The notes under the pieces: model-generated | Told to the model about the DNA's origin: nothing | The model's input: only the letters and a program-made list of their open reading frames with translations | Database searches by the model: none | Made by a program: the position numbers and the translations under genes | Source of the DNA: Geopsychrobacteraceae bacterium | Lineage (GTDB): Bacteria; Desulfobacterota; Desulfuromonadia; Desulfuromonadales; Geopsychrobacteraceae | Assembly (NCBI GenBank): GCA_963662315.1 | Contig: OY759353.1 | Span: 256,001 to 320,000, forward strand | Length of the DNA stretch: 64,000 nt | Reading direction: 5' to 3' | Part shown: positions 20,945 to 31,119 of the stretch, one piece after another | Layout: each line of letters begins with the position of its first letter | Position numbering within the stretch: the first letter of the stretch is position 1

Positions 20945-22735
20945 TCATTCCTGCTTTGCATTGTTTTGAAATACCGCACCTTCAATGCGGTTTCTGCCAT
21001 TGTTTTTGGCTTTGTAAAGCAGAGCGTCACATGCATTGAGCAGCTCTTCGGCTTGAACTTCCTGTGCACCGGTCAGGGTCAATACGCCGATACTCACAGT
21101 CACATGATCTGAAACTTTCGAGCCTTTATGGGGAAAGGCCAGGGTTTCAATCCCGCACCGAACCTGTTCTGCCAGTGCCAGGGCATCTTGATGCTCAGTT
21201 GCCGGCAGGATACAGACAAATTCTTCACCACCATAGCGGGCGACCGTGTCCGTTGGGCGCTTAAGTGTTTTTGCAAAGACCAGCGCTGTGGCCCGAAGAC
21301 AGTCATCTCCGTGTAAATGGCCATAGATGTCATTGAATTGTTTAAAGTAATCTATGTCCACCAAAAACAGCGAGAGCGGCGCCCCGGACCGGTTTTGACG
21401 TTTAATTTCACTGGTGAAGGTTTCATCAAAAAGGCGCCGGTTCACCAGACCGGTCAGCGAATCTTTGCTGGCCAATTTGGCCAGTTCCCGGTTCATGGTT
21501 TCGATTTCGCGCGTTGACGTGTCAATCAGGCGGTGCAGGGCGCGCATGGTACGGAACTGCCGTGATTCTTCCAATTTGGGATCATACTTTTCTGAGTCTG
21601 ATGCCGCTTCAGGATCTCCTTCGGAGAGGGACAAAACGGTCATCGTCTGGCTGAAGAAATACGGCTTTCCGGATTTATGACTGAAATATTCGCCGTAGCA
21701 GAAGAACCCGCAGGCCGGTGCAAGGTCTTCCAGCGATGACAGTTCCACCGTAATATCTGCGCCCAGGATCCACTTCCGGGAGACACAGGAGTAGATGAAA
21801 ATCGATTGCGGATTGTAGGCGCGCACCTCTTCATTGATCAGCTGAGAGCCAATCGCCAGCAGTCCGGCGTGGCAGAAGCCGAAGCGTAACTGTTCCCCGG
21901 GATAGAAGTCGTGGATATAATGAAACGATCCATCCTCGTTGACGCCCGTAGCATGGATCGCCATGGGAATACCGTCGCGTTCGATAATCAGGGGAAAATC
22001 GGCAGCGGACAAAGGCAGGCCGTCAGCAACTTCCTGCCCCAGATAGTGGGCGTAAATGTCATAGGGGGACATGTCGTCAATGGAATAGACGACCGGTCCC
22101 TGGGCTTCGGTGATGGTCAGTTTTTTGCCGATGGGAACCCAGCTCAGGTTGTAGGCGTTATCCGCTCTGAGTGCCTTGCCGGATAATGATGCTGTTGCAA
22201 CCCCGTGTTCGGTCAGTCCGTGCTGAGTGAACACAAAAGTTATCGCGCCTTTACCGTTATCTCCAGCCTGTCCGCCGGCAATGATGGCACTACCGCTGCG
22301 GGAATGGATGGCATCCAGCAGTGGTTCGCCATTGATTGTGTGCTTGTTCTTGAGCCCGCAGCCGAGCACGATAAGCGCTTTGGTATCAGGCTGGCACAGC
22401 GTATCTCCGATGTCCTGCCCGGCGCGCACCAGATCATCATTTTGGGTGACAAGGTGGGAGCAGACACGCGAGTGTTCAAACAGCGAAATGCTGATCAGAA
22501 TCTGTCCGTCCAGAGAGAGGGCAGCGATAATCTCACCAGCGGTGCTGGTTCCGATCAGGGGTACGCCGGGAAAACATTGGGTGATGTGTGAGACAAGCTC
22601 AAGAACGACAGCTTGATCCTGTTCGCCACTGAAGATCTGAATCAGAACCTGGTCCGGGGGGTAAGAAAGCACCTGATCCTTCACGGCGCTCAGATCGGCA
22701 TAATCGTTATAGACGATATTGATAGTTTTGATCAT
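20945..22735 (-). CDS. FIST_N-FIST_C (NosP-like) sensor diguanylate cyclase
   Basis: GTSTAGEI, GGQAGDN, WVPIGK, YSCVSR, GFFCYGE, SQT; RPTD I-site, GGEEF. Confidence 0.87.
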   Translation of the reverse strand: MIKTINIVYNDYADLSAVKDQVLSYPPDQVLIQIFSGEQDQAVVLELVSHITQCFPGVPLIGTSTAGEIIAALSLDGQILISISLFEHSRVCSHLVTQNDDLVRAGQDIGDTLCQPDTKALIVLGCGLKNKHTINGEPLLDAIHSRSGSAIIAGGQAGDNGKGAITFVFTQHGLTEHGVATASLSGKALRADNAYNLSWVPIGKKLTITEAQGPVVYSIDDMSPYDIYAHYLGQEVADGLPLSAADFPLIIERDGIPMAIHATGVNEDGSFHYIHDFYPGEQLRFGFCHAGLLAIGSQLINEEVRAYNPQSIFIYSCVSRKWILGADITVELSSLEDLAPACGFFCYGEYFSHKSGKPYFFSQTMTVLSLSEGDPEAASDSEKYDPKLEESRQFRTMRALHRLIDTSTREIETMNRELAKLASKDSLTGLVNRRLFDETFTSEIKRQNRSGAPLSLFLVDIDYFKQFNDIYGHLHGDDCLRATALVFAKTLKRPTDTVARYGGEEFVCILPATEHQDALALAEQVRCGIETLAFPHKGSKVSDHVTVSIGVLTLTGAQEVQAEELLNACDALLYKAKNNGRNRIEGAVFQNNAKQE

Positions 22736-22936
22736 AGGCGCTCATGTCTTTGCCGGTTAAGTTGTGAGTATGCTATTCATCTGCACGATCTTGAGTATAC
22801 CAAGTGCGTCAATATTCACGCAGCGCCCCCTCCACGAATCTGCCTTCCCCCCGGGTCGAGCTGATAAGTGAATTCCGATCAGTATGTGATAGGTTGGATT
22901 TTAATTCAACACAAAGGAAGGTATTGACCGATAACC

Positions 22937-24136
22937 CTATTCAGATCTTAAGGCATCGATAGGGTCAAGACGTGCCGCCCGCCAGGCTGGCCACACGCCG
23001 GCAAGCAGGCCGATGAGGATCGCCAGCCCTTCGGCAATGAGCAGGTATTCCAGGCGCGGGATGAACGGCAACGCCGGGATCGCCAGGTGCAGCGCGGCAA
23101 GCCCGGCCAGACCTAAGAGCATACCGGTGAGTCCCCCTAGCGCCCCAAGAATAGCTGCTTCGGCCAGGAACAGTTGCAGGATGAGCCCCGGTGTGGCACC
23201 AAGGGCGGTCAGTAGCCCGATCTCGGTTCGGCGTTCGGCGATAGCGATGGTCATCAAGGTGAGGATGCCGACCCCGCCGGTGAACAGGGCGATGCCACCC
23301 AGGGCACCAATGGCAAAAGTCAGGATATTCAAGACCTTGTTCAGTGAGGCGAGCATCTGGTCCTGTGATTCAACGGTGAAATCCTCCGATCCGTGGCGCT
23401 CATTCAGGCGGCGCGATAAGCGTTTGACCATGGTCGCGGAACTCTGCTCGGGTGCATAGAGAATGTCGATCTCCATTAAACCGTCGCGGTTGAACAGCTG
23501 CAGGGCCAGGGCGGTGGGAATGTAAACGGCGTCGTCAATATCGAAGCCGAGGATCTGCCCCTTAGGAGCCAGCACGCCGACGACCCGAAAACTGAGGCCA
23601 CCAATGCGGACCTTTTTACCCAGCGGGTTGGCCTGGTCAAACAGTGCGCGCGCCAGGGTATGCCCGAGCATAACCACTGGTCGCGGGGCAATCAGGTCAT
23701 CTTCCGGCAGAAATCTGCCCCGCGCCATGTCCATGGTCCACACTTTTCTAGCGCCTGAATCAGCGCCAATGGCCAGGGTGCGGCGCGAGCGTCCGGCATA
23801 TTCAGCAGTAAGGTTGCCGCTGACCACCGGGGTCATGGCGACGACTCCCGGTACGGTTTTCAGACTTTGGGCATCTTCCAGGGTTAGCGGTCGCTGCGTG
23901 TCAATAATGCTGATGGAAAACCCGGTGGTATTGGCTTTGCCCGGAACGATGGCAATCAGGTGGGTACCGAACTGGGTAAACTGGTGGACCAGATAACGCT
24001 GCAGCCCGGCGCCCAGGCCGGTAAGCATGACCACCGCTGCAATACCGACGGCAATGGCGAGCATGGTCAGCAGCGAACGCAGTCGTTCGGCGGCAAGGGT
24101 ACGCAGGGTGAAGCGGCTCAGGTCGACAGGGCGCAT
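22937..24136 (-). CDS. ABC transporter permease (MacB/FtsX family)
   Basis: Start 24136; RSLLTMLAIAVG, ERRTEIGL, PAWRAARLDPIDALR. Confidence 0.9.
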   Translation of the reverse strand: MRPVDLSRFTLRTLAAERLRSLLTMLAIAVGIAAVVMLTGLGAGLQRYLVHQFTQFGTHLIAIVPGKANTTGFSISIIDTQRPLTLEDAQSLKTVPGVVAMTPVVSGNLTAEYAGRSRRTLAIGADSGARKVWTMDMARGRFLPEDDLIAPRPVVMLGHTLARALFDQANPLGKKVRIGGLSFRVVGVLAPKGQILGFDIDDAVYIPTALALQLFNRDGLMEIDILYAPEQSSATMVKRLSRRLNERHGSEDFTVESQDQMLASLNKVLNILTFAIGALGGIALFTGGVGILTLMTIAIAERRTEIGLLTALGATPGLILQLFLAEAAILGALGGLTGMLLGLAGLAALHLAIPALPFIPRLEYLLIAEGLAILIGLLAGVWPAWRAARLDPIDALRSE

Positions 24137-24138
24137 AG

Positions 24139-25347
24139 TCAGGCTCCTTTTAACGCCTGCACCGGATCCAGTCGTGCCGCACGGCGGGCCGGCAGCCAGC
24201 CGAACAGCAAGCCTGCACCAAAAGCGGTTCCGGCCGCCGCAAGGTAGGCCCAAAACGGGGTCACGACCGGAAAACTGGGATAGATGCTGGCCAAGAGCAG
24301 GACGCCAGCGCGACCGAGAAGCGTGCCGACACTGGCGCCAAGGGCACTGACCAGCAGGGCTTCGAGCAGAAACAGGCGCAGGATAACCACTCGTGGTGCG
24401 CCGAGTGCCATCAACAGACCAACCTCACTGCGTCGTTGACTGACGCTCACCAGCATGACGTTCATGATAATGATTCCGGCGACCACCAGGCTGATCGCGG
24501 CAATGCCGGCCACACTCAAGGTCAGGACACTGAAAATCTGATCAAAGGTGGACAGGACCGCATCCTGCGTGACCAGGGTGAAATCCTCTTCCCCCTGATG
24601 CAGGCCGATCAGTACCCGTCGTGCCGCTTCCTTGACGCCAGGCAAGTGGTTGCGACTGTCAGCCTGGATCAGGATGCGGAACAGGGCCGGGTTGTCAAAC
24701 AGGGCCTGGGCACTGGCGACCGGAATGATGGCCGCTTCATCAAGATTCTGCCCCAATGAAGTGCCCTGTTTACCCAGAATGCCGACAACCCGGAAACGCC
24801 GGTCTCCGAGCCGCAGCCACTGGCCCAAGGGGGACTGGTTCCTGAATAACTCATGGGCCAGCGTCGTGCCGATGACGGTGACGGCCTGCGCTTGGTTCAG
24901 ATCGCCGGGGGGCAAGAATTCGCCACGTCCTATAGACAGATTTCGGGTTTGTTGCAGGCTGGTATCGGAACCGATCAGGGTGGTCTGGCGGGTGTGTGAC
25001 GCGTGACTGATGTCGATGATGCCGATCGAGACCGGAGACACCGCCTCAACATGGGGCAGGCGGCGCAGAGCTTCAACATCACGCAGGGTGAGGTCCCGTT
25101 CTGTTTCGAATATCAATCCGGGGGGACCGCCGCTGCGCTCGGTTTTTCCCGGCAGAACAATCAACAAGTCGCTCCCCAGCTGAGAAAATTCACTCAGAAT
25201 ATATTGTCTGGCCCCCTCGCCAAGAGCGGTCAGCAAAACCACTGCTATAACACCGATGGCCGCAGCCAGAATGACCAGAGCGGTCCGCAGCCTGGCACTG
25301 AGCAGTGAATGCCAGGCAAAACCGAGGTGGTCACGCAGGAGCATCAT
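24139..25347 (-). CDS. ABC transporter permease (MacB/FtsX family)
   Basis: GIIIMNVMLVSVSQRRSEVGL, PARRAARLDPVQAL. Confidence 0.9.
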   Translation of the reverse strand: MMLLRDHLGFAWHSLLSARLRTALVILAAAIGVIAVVLLTALGEGARQYILSEFSQLGSDLLIVLPGKTERSGGPPGLIFETERDLTLRDVEALRRLPHVEAVSPVSIGIIDISHASHTRQTTLIGSDTSLQQTRNLSIGRGEFLPPGDLNQAQAVTVIGTTLAHELFRNQSPLGQWLRLGDRRFRVVGILGKQGTSLGQNLDEAAIIPVASAQALFDNPALFRILIQADSRNHLPGVKEAARRVLIGLHQGEEDFTLVTQDAVLSTFDQIFSVLTLSVAGIAAISLVVAGIIIMNVMLVSVSQRRSEVGLLMALGAPRVVILRLFLLEALLVSALGASVGTLLGRAGVLLLASIYPSFPVVTPFWAYLAAAGTAFGAGLLFGWLPARRAARLDPVQALKGA

Positions 25348-26018
25348 GGGTGACGATCCTCGGTGATGCGGCCATCATGCAGCTTGATGGCGCGTGGTGC
25401 CCGCGCACCGATCTCCGGGTCATGAGTAACGACAATCAGGGTGATCCCTTCCGTATTGAGCTTTTCGAGCAGGTCAATAACTTCTGCCCCTGAACGGCTG
25501 TCGAGGTTGCCGGTTGGTTCGTCCGCTAACAGCAGTGGCGGGCGCAGTACTGTGGCGCGGGCTATGGCAACCCGCTGGCACTGCCCGCCGGACAGTTGGT
25601 TGGGGCGGTGATGGGCACGTTCGCTGAGACCTACGGAGATTAAGGCCTGTTCCACTTTAGCGCGGCGTTCGTTGGCCGATATCCCAGACAGGACCAGCGG
25701 CAGAGCGACATTATCATAGGCCGACAGGCGAGCCAGCAGGTGAAAAGACTGAAAAACAAACCCGATGCGGGTGCTGCGCAGGCTGGCACGCTGGTCTTCA
25801 TTCAGATTCTGCGTGTCATGCCCTTCAAGCGAATAAATGCCGAGCGTCGGGCGATCAAGAAGACCGAGGATATTCAGTAGGGTCGATTTGCCGGAACCTG
25901 ACGGGCCCATCAGGGAAATATACTCGCCTGCGTCAATGTGCAGATTAACCTCGGCCAGGGCGTGAACATCGCTGTCTCCGACCCGGTAAAAACGGGAAAG
26001 ATCCTTCAGCTCGATCAT
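25344..26018 (-). CDS. ABC transporter ATP-binding protein (LolD/MacB type)
   Basis: [29 protein letters not shown]. Confidence 0.95.
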   Translation of the reverse strand: MIELKDLSRFYRVGDSDVHALAEVNLHIDAGEYISLMGPSGSGKSTLLNILGLLDRPTLGIYSLEGHDTQNLNEDQRASLRSTRIGFVFQSFHLLARLSAYDNVALPLVLSGISANERRAKVEQALISVGLSERAHHRPNQLSGGQCQRVAIARATVLRPPLLLADEPTGNLDSRSGAEVIDLLEKLNTEGITLIVVTHDPEIGARAPRAIKLHDGRITEDRHP

Positions 26019-27181
26019 TGCCCCGCTCCGTCAGTGGCTGCCGCAGCCACAGCTTCTTTGGCCGTTACGCCGGCCGCAACACCTTCGTCATCAAAATTGA
26101 GCACAATCCGCTCACCTGGCTGTACCCCTTGCGTCACTTCGGTCCAGCGCCAGTTGGCCAGCCCTGTGGTGACCGGGCGCCTTGAGATCAGCCCCGTAGC
26201 GGGATCAAAGATCAGTACGGCATGATCTTCCATGAGAGTTTCGCTGGGCAGGCGTATGACATTGGTGCGCTGATCAAGAATGATTTCGGCATCGGCGCTA
26301 TAGCCCGGAAGCAGCTCAGTTGAGGCGGATGTGTCAACCAAAGCCAGTTCCACGGTAACGAAACGGGCCTGTTTCTCTTTATCTTCGACATAAGCGCCGA
26401 TGCGTCTGACGCGGGCCTCAAGCAGTTGACCACGAAAGGCATCCAGAGAGACGCGGGCCGGCATGTCAATACGCACGGCTGCTGCATCGACTTCGTCAAT
26501 CGGGGCTTCAACATAAATGCAGCCATATTCAACCAGATCGACAGTCGGTGGGGTGGCGATGCCGGGTGGCGACGGGGTGGTAATCTCGAACAACTCACCG
26601 TTCAGCTCGGCGATGATGCCATTAAACGGCGCGCGCACGATGGTGCGGTCGAGTTGAGCGTCGAGTACGGCGAAACGGGCCCTGGTCATGGCGACCTGGG
26701 CCTGACTGGCCTGGCATTGGGCGTGCTGGCTCATTGCCTGGGACTGGGCTTTGTCGGCGCTTTCGGCGGAGACCAACCCTTCCGGGAGCAGATTGTTCTG
26801 GCGGGTTGCTTCACGCTTGGCCTGGCTCGCCAGAGTACAGGCTGCCTGAGCCTGTGCTTGCGCGACTTGCAGTTCCTTTTCGGTCAGGGCACGGTTGGCT
26901 TTGATATCGTCATTCCACAGCTCAACCAGGGTATCCCCCTGTTTAACCTGGGCCCCTTTGTGGAAGGGGAGGCGAATGATCTGGCCACTGATGGAAGGGG
27001 AGAGCTTGGCGCGCCGACACGCGGTTACCGTACCGGCCCGGGTATTGCTGGCGGTTGCCTCAACGGTGCCCCGCTCTACGCTGTACAGGCGAACATAGAC
27101 TGGCTTAGGCCGCTGTATCCACCACCACAAGGACGCGCTGGCAATAATAAAAACACAGATCCAAAGAGTGCGTTTTAGCAT
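26015..27181 (-). CDS. Efflux periplasmic adaptor subunit (MacA/HlyD family)
   Basis: N-terminal anchor, lipoyl halves (ISGQI...VKQGD; RAPFNGII), coiled coil, GVQPGERIV. Confidence 0.88.
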   Translation of the reverse strand: MLKRTLWICVFIIASASLWWWIQRPKPVYVRLYSVERGTVEATASNTRAGTVTACRRAKLSPSISGQIIRLPFHKGAQVKQGDTLVELWNDDIKANRALTEKELQVAQAQAQAACTLASQAKREATRQNNLLPEGLVSAESADKAQSQAMSQHAQCQASQAQVAMTRARFAVLDAQLDRTIVRAPFNGIIAELNGELFEITTPSPPGIATPPTVDLVEYGCIYVEAPIDEVDAAAVRIDMPARVSLDAFRGQLLEARVRRIGAYVEDKEKQARFVTVELALVDTSASTELLPGYSADAEIILDQRTNVIRLPSETLMEDHAVLIFDPATGLISRRPVTTGLANWRWTEVTQGVQPGERIVLNFDDEGVAAGVTAKEAVAAAATDGAGQ

Positions 27182-27470
27182 GACCTGACTCCTGGGGAAC
27201 AGGTGTTGTGTAATGCTGTATCTGTCTTAAAGAATACCACATCACTCAAACAGCGGGTTTCGCGATCTGCGTTGTCAGGCGCGCTGATCGCATACTCGCT
27301 ACCCTGGACCATAACAACTCTTATTCTTTGGATCTTATTAAGGATTTACCGTGTTTGATATATTTAGCTTTACGTGAAAATTAGAATTCTATATTGACAC
27401 GAAATTAGATTAAGCCAATAATGTTTTTGTCGTATGTCAACGCGCTAACATTTTTGCCACGGGTTCAGAG

Positions 27471-28526
27471 GTGATGGGAACAAAGTTCAATTCTGAAGAG
27501 AACTCACAGGATACTTTTCCAGACGCATATGAGCAGATGAAGCAAATGCTGCTTGAGCAGGAAGAAACGATCAAAGCTCTTGAACAGGCGGTTGGCGATG
27601 CCGGCAACCAGCAGTTGACAGCTGAATTTGAAAGTCTGGAAATGCATCAGATCCTTTCAGCAACGGCTGATCCGATCTGGGCCGTTCGTGATGATGGTAT
27701 TGTTATCCGCGCCAATCAGGCCATGCTGGATTTGCTGGGCAAAGATGAGTTCGAGGTTATCGGACAGCGCTGCTCAGATCTGATCAATTTTAGCTGTTGT
27801 CAAGGGGAGGATTGTCCCCTTAAAAACATTAAAAAACGGCAAAGGCATGAAATCGAGCTGTTTTTTAATGGTGAATACTACAGTCTGCTCTCTTCTCCTC
27901 TGATCACCATTGTGGGTACCGAAGCTGTCGTTGGTCATTTCAGAAATATCACCTTTCGTAAACAGACTGAGCAGCAGCTTGAAATGTTGAATAAAAAACT
28001 CGCTGCCGCAGCAAATATTGACGGGCTGACCCAGATTGCCAATCGGCGCTCTTTTAATGAAACTTTTGAGCGCGAATGGTTGCGCCATAAGCGTAATAAA
28101 ATGACTCTGTCGCTGGTCCTGATCGATATCGACTTCTTTAAAAAATATAATGATTACTATGGTCATTCCTCTGGGGATGATTGCCTTATCAAGGTAGCTT
28201 CCGCCTTACAGTCTGCCGTGAAACGGCCAGTCGATCTGGCCGCAAGGTATGGCGGTGAGGAATTTGTTGTGCTGCTGCCGGAAACGCCGATAGAAGGGGC
28301 CATTTGTGTCGCCGAGCGTATTGCAGAGGCTATCGCCGCGCTGCGTATTGAGCATCATGAATCAGAGGTTTTTGACCATGTGACGGTCAGCCAGGGGGCG
28401 GCTTCAATTGATCCTGATGGCGAGCTGAAAGCAGTCAGGCTGATTGAGATGGCTGATGAGGCTCTGTATGCGGCAAAAGAGCGCGGGCGGAATTGTTATG
28501 TGGATTATCATACGCTTAACCCTTGA
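27471..28526 (+). CDS. PAS-domain diguanylate cyclase
   Basis: PAS segment with a Cys cluster (RCSDLINFSCCQGEDCP); DGLT, DIDFFKKYND, RPVD, GGEEF. Confidence 0.88.
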   Translation: MMGTKFNSEENSQDTFPDAYEQMKQMLLEQEETIKALEQAVGDAGNQQLTAEFESLEMHQILSATADPIWAVRDDGIVIRANQAMLDLLGKDEFEVIGQRCSDLINFSCCQGEDCPLKNIKKRQRHEIELFFNGEYYSLLSSPLITIVGTEAVVGHFRNITFRKQTEQQLEMLNKKLAAAANIDGLTQIANRRSFNETFEREWLRHKRNKMTLSLVLIDIDFFKKYNDYYGHSSGDDCLIKVASALQSAVKRPVDLAARYGGEEFVVLLPETPIEGAICVAERIAEAIAALRIEHHESEVFDHVTVSQGAASIDPDGELKAVRLIEMADEALYAAKERGRNCYVDYHTLNP

Positions 28527-28581
28527 GTTTTTGATTTCTCCTGTGTGCGATTGCGCTCATCACATCTTCTCTTCTTAGTTT

Positions 28582-28625
28582 AAAAAAACAATACTGCCGG
28601 GTCCTTGCCCGGCAGTATTGTTTTT
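28582..28625. terminator. Bidirectional rho-independent terminator-like hairpin
   Basis: aaaaaaacaatactgccggg-tccttg-cccggcagtattgtttttt. Confidence 0.75.
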
Positions 28626-28627
28626 CA

Positions 28628-30991
28628 CTACTAAAACCCATCATCCATCAATAATGCGGTTCTGGCCATCAGGCGGGTTTGAGCCGTCAGGCCGGTCAGT
28701 CAATTGCTGGTTGCCTCTTGACGAACAACGACGCCCGAACACGGACATATGAAAAGGGCTTTTTGTGCTTACTATTTTTAGCCTGATTGTGAAAAATAGT
28801 AAGGCGCAGTGCGTGGGCGCGACCCCGTGACTTTGCTTGTCTCATTCCATCAATAAAGTCTTAAAACCACCGGGTCCCGGCCCGGCAGCCGGGTTCATTT
28901 TTCCCAGCGATGGAAAAACGAACCAAAAAGATCTTGCAAGGTCAAGGTAACTGACGATAGTCGTGTGGGACTACGTTTCAACGTTGCGAGGTGGAATGAA
29001 CCGGAAGCCCACGCTGCTGTCGCAGCTAACGGGCAAAAGGCGCTAGTTGATTGGCGGACTGCTGTGGGTCTATCGATTTTCGCTCCTAAACCCATCATCA
29101 ATAAATAATACGGTTCTGGCCATCAGGCGGGGGTGAGCCGTCAGGCCGGTCAGTCAATTTCTGGCTGTTTCTTGAAAAACAACGACGCCCGAACACGGAC
29201 ATATTAAAGAGGGCTTTTTGTGCTTACTATTTTTAGCCTGATTGTGAAAAATAGTAAGGCGCAGTGCGGGGGCGCAACACCGCGACTTTGCTTGTTTCTT
29301 TCAAATCATAAAAGACAAAGTCGCCGGGTCCCGGCCCGGCAGCCGGGTTCATTTTTCCCAGCGATGGAAAAACGAACCAAAAAGATCTTGTAAGGTCAAG
29401 GTAACTGACGATAGCTGTGTTGGGCTACGTTTGAACGTTGCAGGATGCAACTAACTGGCAGCCCACGCTGCTTCGCAGCTAACGGGCAAAAGGCGTTAGC
29501 TGATTGGCGGACTGCTGTGGGTCTATCGATTTTCGCTCCTAAACCCATCATCTATCAATAATGCGGTTCTGGCCATCAGGCGGGTTTGAGCCGTCAGGCC
29601 GGCTGGTCAATTTCTGGTTGCTTCTTGACGCACAACGACGCCCGAACACGGACATATTAAAGAGGGCTTTTTGTGCTTACTATTTTTAGCTTGATTGTGA
29701 AAAATAGTAAGGCGCAGTGCGGGGGCGCAACACCGCGACTTTGCATGTTTCTTTCAAATCATAAAAGACAAAGTCGCCGGGTCCCGGCCCGGCAGCCGGG
29801 TTCATTTTTCCCAGCGATGGAAAAACGAACCAAAAAGATCTTGTAAGGTCAAGTACACTGACGATAGCTGTGTTGGACTACGTTTGAACGTTGCAGAATG
29901 TACAATTAAGCGGCAGCCCACGCTGCTGTCGCAGCTAATGGGCAAGGGCGTTAGCTGGAAGACGAAGCATAGAGTTTCTATCGGTTTTCGCTCCTAAACC
30001 CATCATCAATAAATAATACGGTTCTGGCCATCAGGCGTGATCTGAGCCGTCAGGCCGGCTGTTCAATTTCTGGCTGTTTCTTGAAAAACAACGACGCCCG
30101 AACACGGACATATTAAAGAGGGCTTTTTGTGCTTACTATTTTTAGCTTGATTGTGAAAAATAGTAAGGCGCAGTACGGGGGCGCGACCCCGTGACTTTGC
30201 TTGTCTCATTCCATCAATAAAGTTTTAAGACCGCCGGGTCCCGGCCCGGCAGCCGGGTTCATTTTTCCCAGCGATGGAAAAACGAACCAAAAAGATCTTG
30301 TAAGGTCAAGGTAACTGACGATAGCTGTGTTGGACTACGTTTGAACATTGCAGGATGCAATTAAGCGGCAGCCCACGCTGCTGTCGCAGCTAACGGGCAA
30401 AAGGCGCTAGTTGATTGGCGGACTGCTGTGGGTCTATCGATTTTCGCTCCTAAACCCATCATCAATAAATAATACGGTTCTGGCCATCAGGCGTGATCTG
30501 AGCCGTCAGGCCGGCTGGTCAATTTCTGGTTGCTTCTTGACGCACAACGACGCCCGAACACGGACATATTAAAGAGGGCTTTTTGTGCTTACTATTTTTA
30601 GCTTGATTGTGAAAAATAGTAAGGCGCAGTGCGGGGGCGCGACCCCGTGACTTTGTTTGTCTCATTCCATCAATAAAGTCTTAAGACCGCCGGGTCCCGG
30701 CCCGGCAGCCGGGTTCATTTTTCCCAGCGATGGAAAAACGAACCAAAAAGATCTTTGAAGGTCAAGGTAACTGACGATAACAGTGAAGGGCTACGTTTGA
30801 ACGTTGCGAGGTGGAATGAACCGGCAGCCCACGCTGCTTCGCAGCTAACGGGCAAGGACGTTAGTTGGAAGACGAAGTATAGAGTTTCTATCGATTTTCG
30901 CTCCTAAACCCACCATCAATAAATAATACGGTCCTGGCCATCAGGCGGGTTTGAGCCGTCAGGCCGGCCATTCAATTGCTGGTTGCCTCTT
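28628..30991 (+). repeat. ~455-bp structured repeat, main tandem array C (about 5.2 units)
   Basis: Anchor ccgggtcccggcccggcagcc at 28870, 29324, 29777, 30234, 30690 (periods 454, 453, 457, 456); no credible ORF across 2.4 kb. Confidence 0.97.
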
Positions 30992-31119
30992 AAATCACAA
31001 CAAAACCTAAGCGTGACCGCTTCCGGCAGGAAAAATTAAATGCTGAAAATATTGATAAACAAAGGTACTTTAATTGAGTATTCAATAATCAGCTGTGAAA
31101 ACCAAAAAGGAGTAGCATA

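Noticed and set aside
28940..29000. HEARO/omegaRNA-like motif (ctacgtt) in the repeat
   Set aside because: Only a 7-nt resemblance; no iscB/tnpB nearby and the remaining architecture does not fit.
28628..30991. CRISPR array
   Set aside because: Period is ~455 bp, variable parts are recurring alleles rather than unique spacers, and no cas genes are present.
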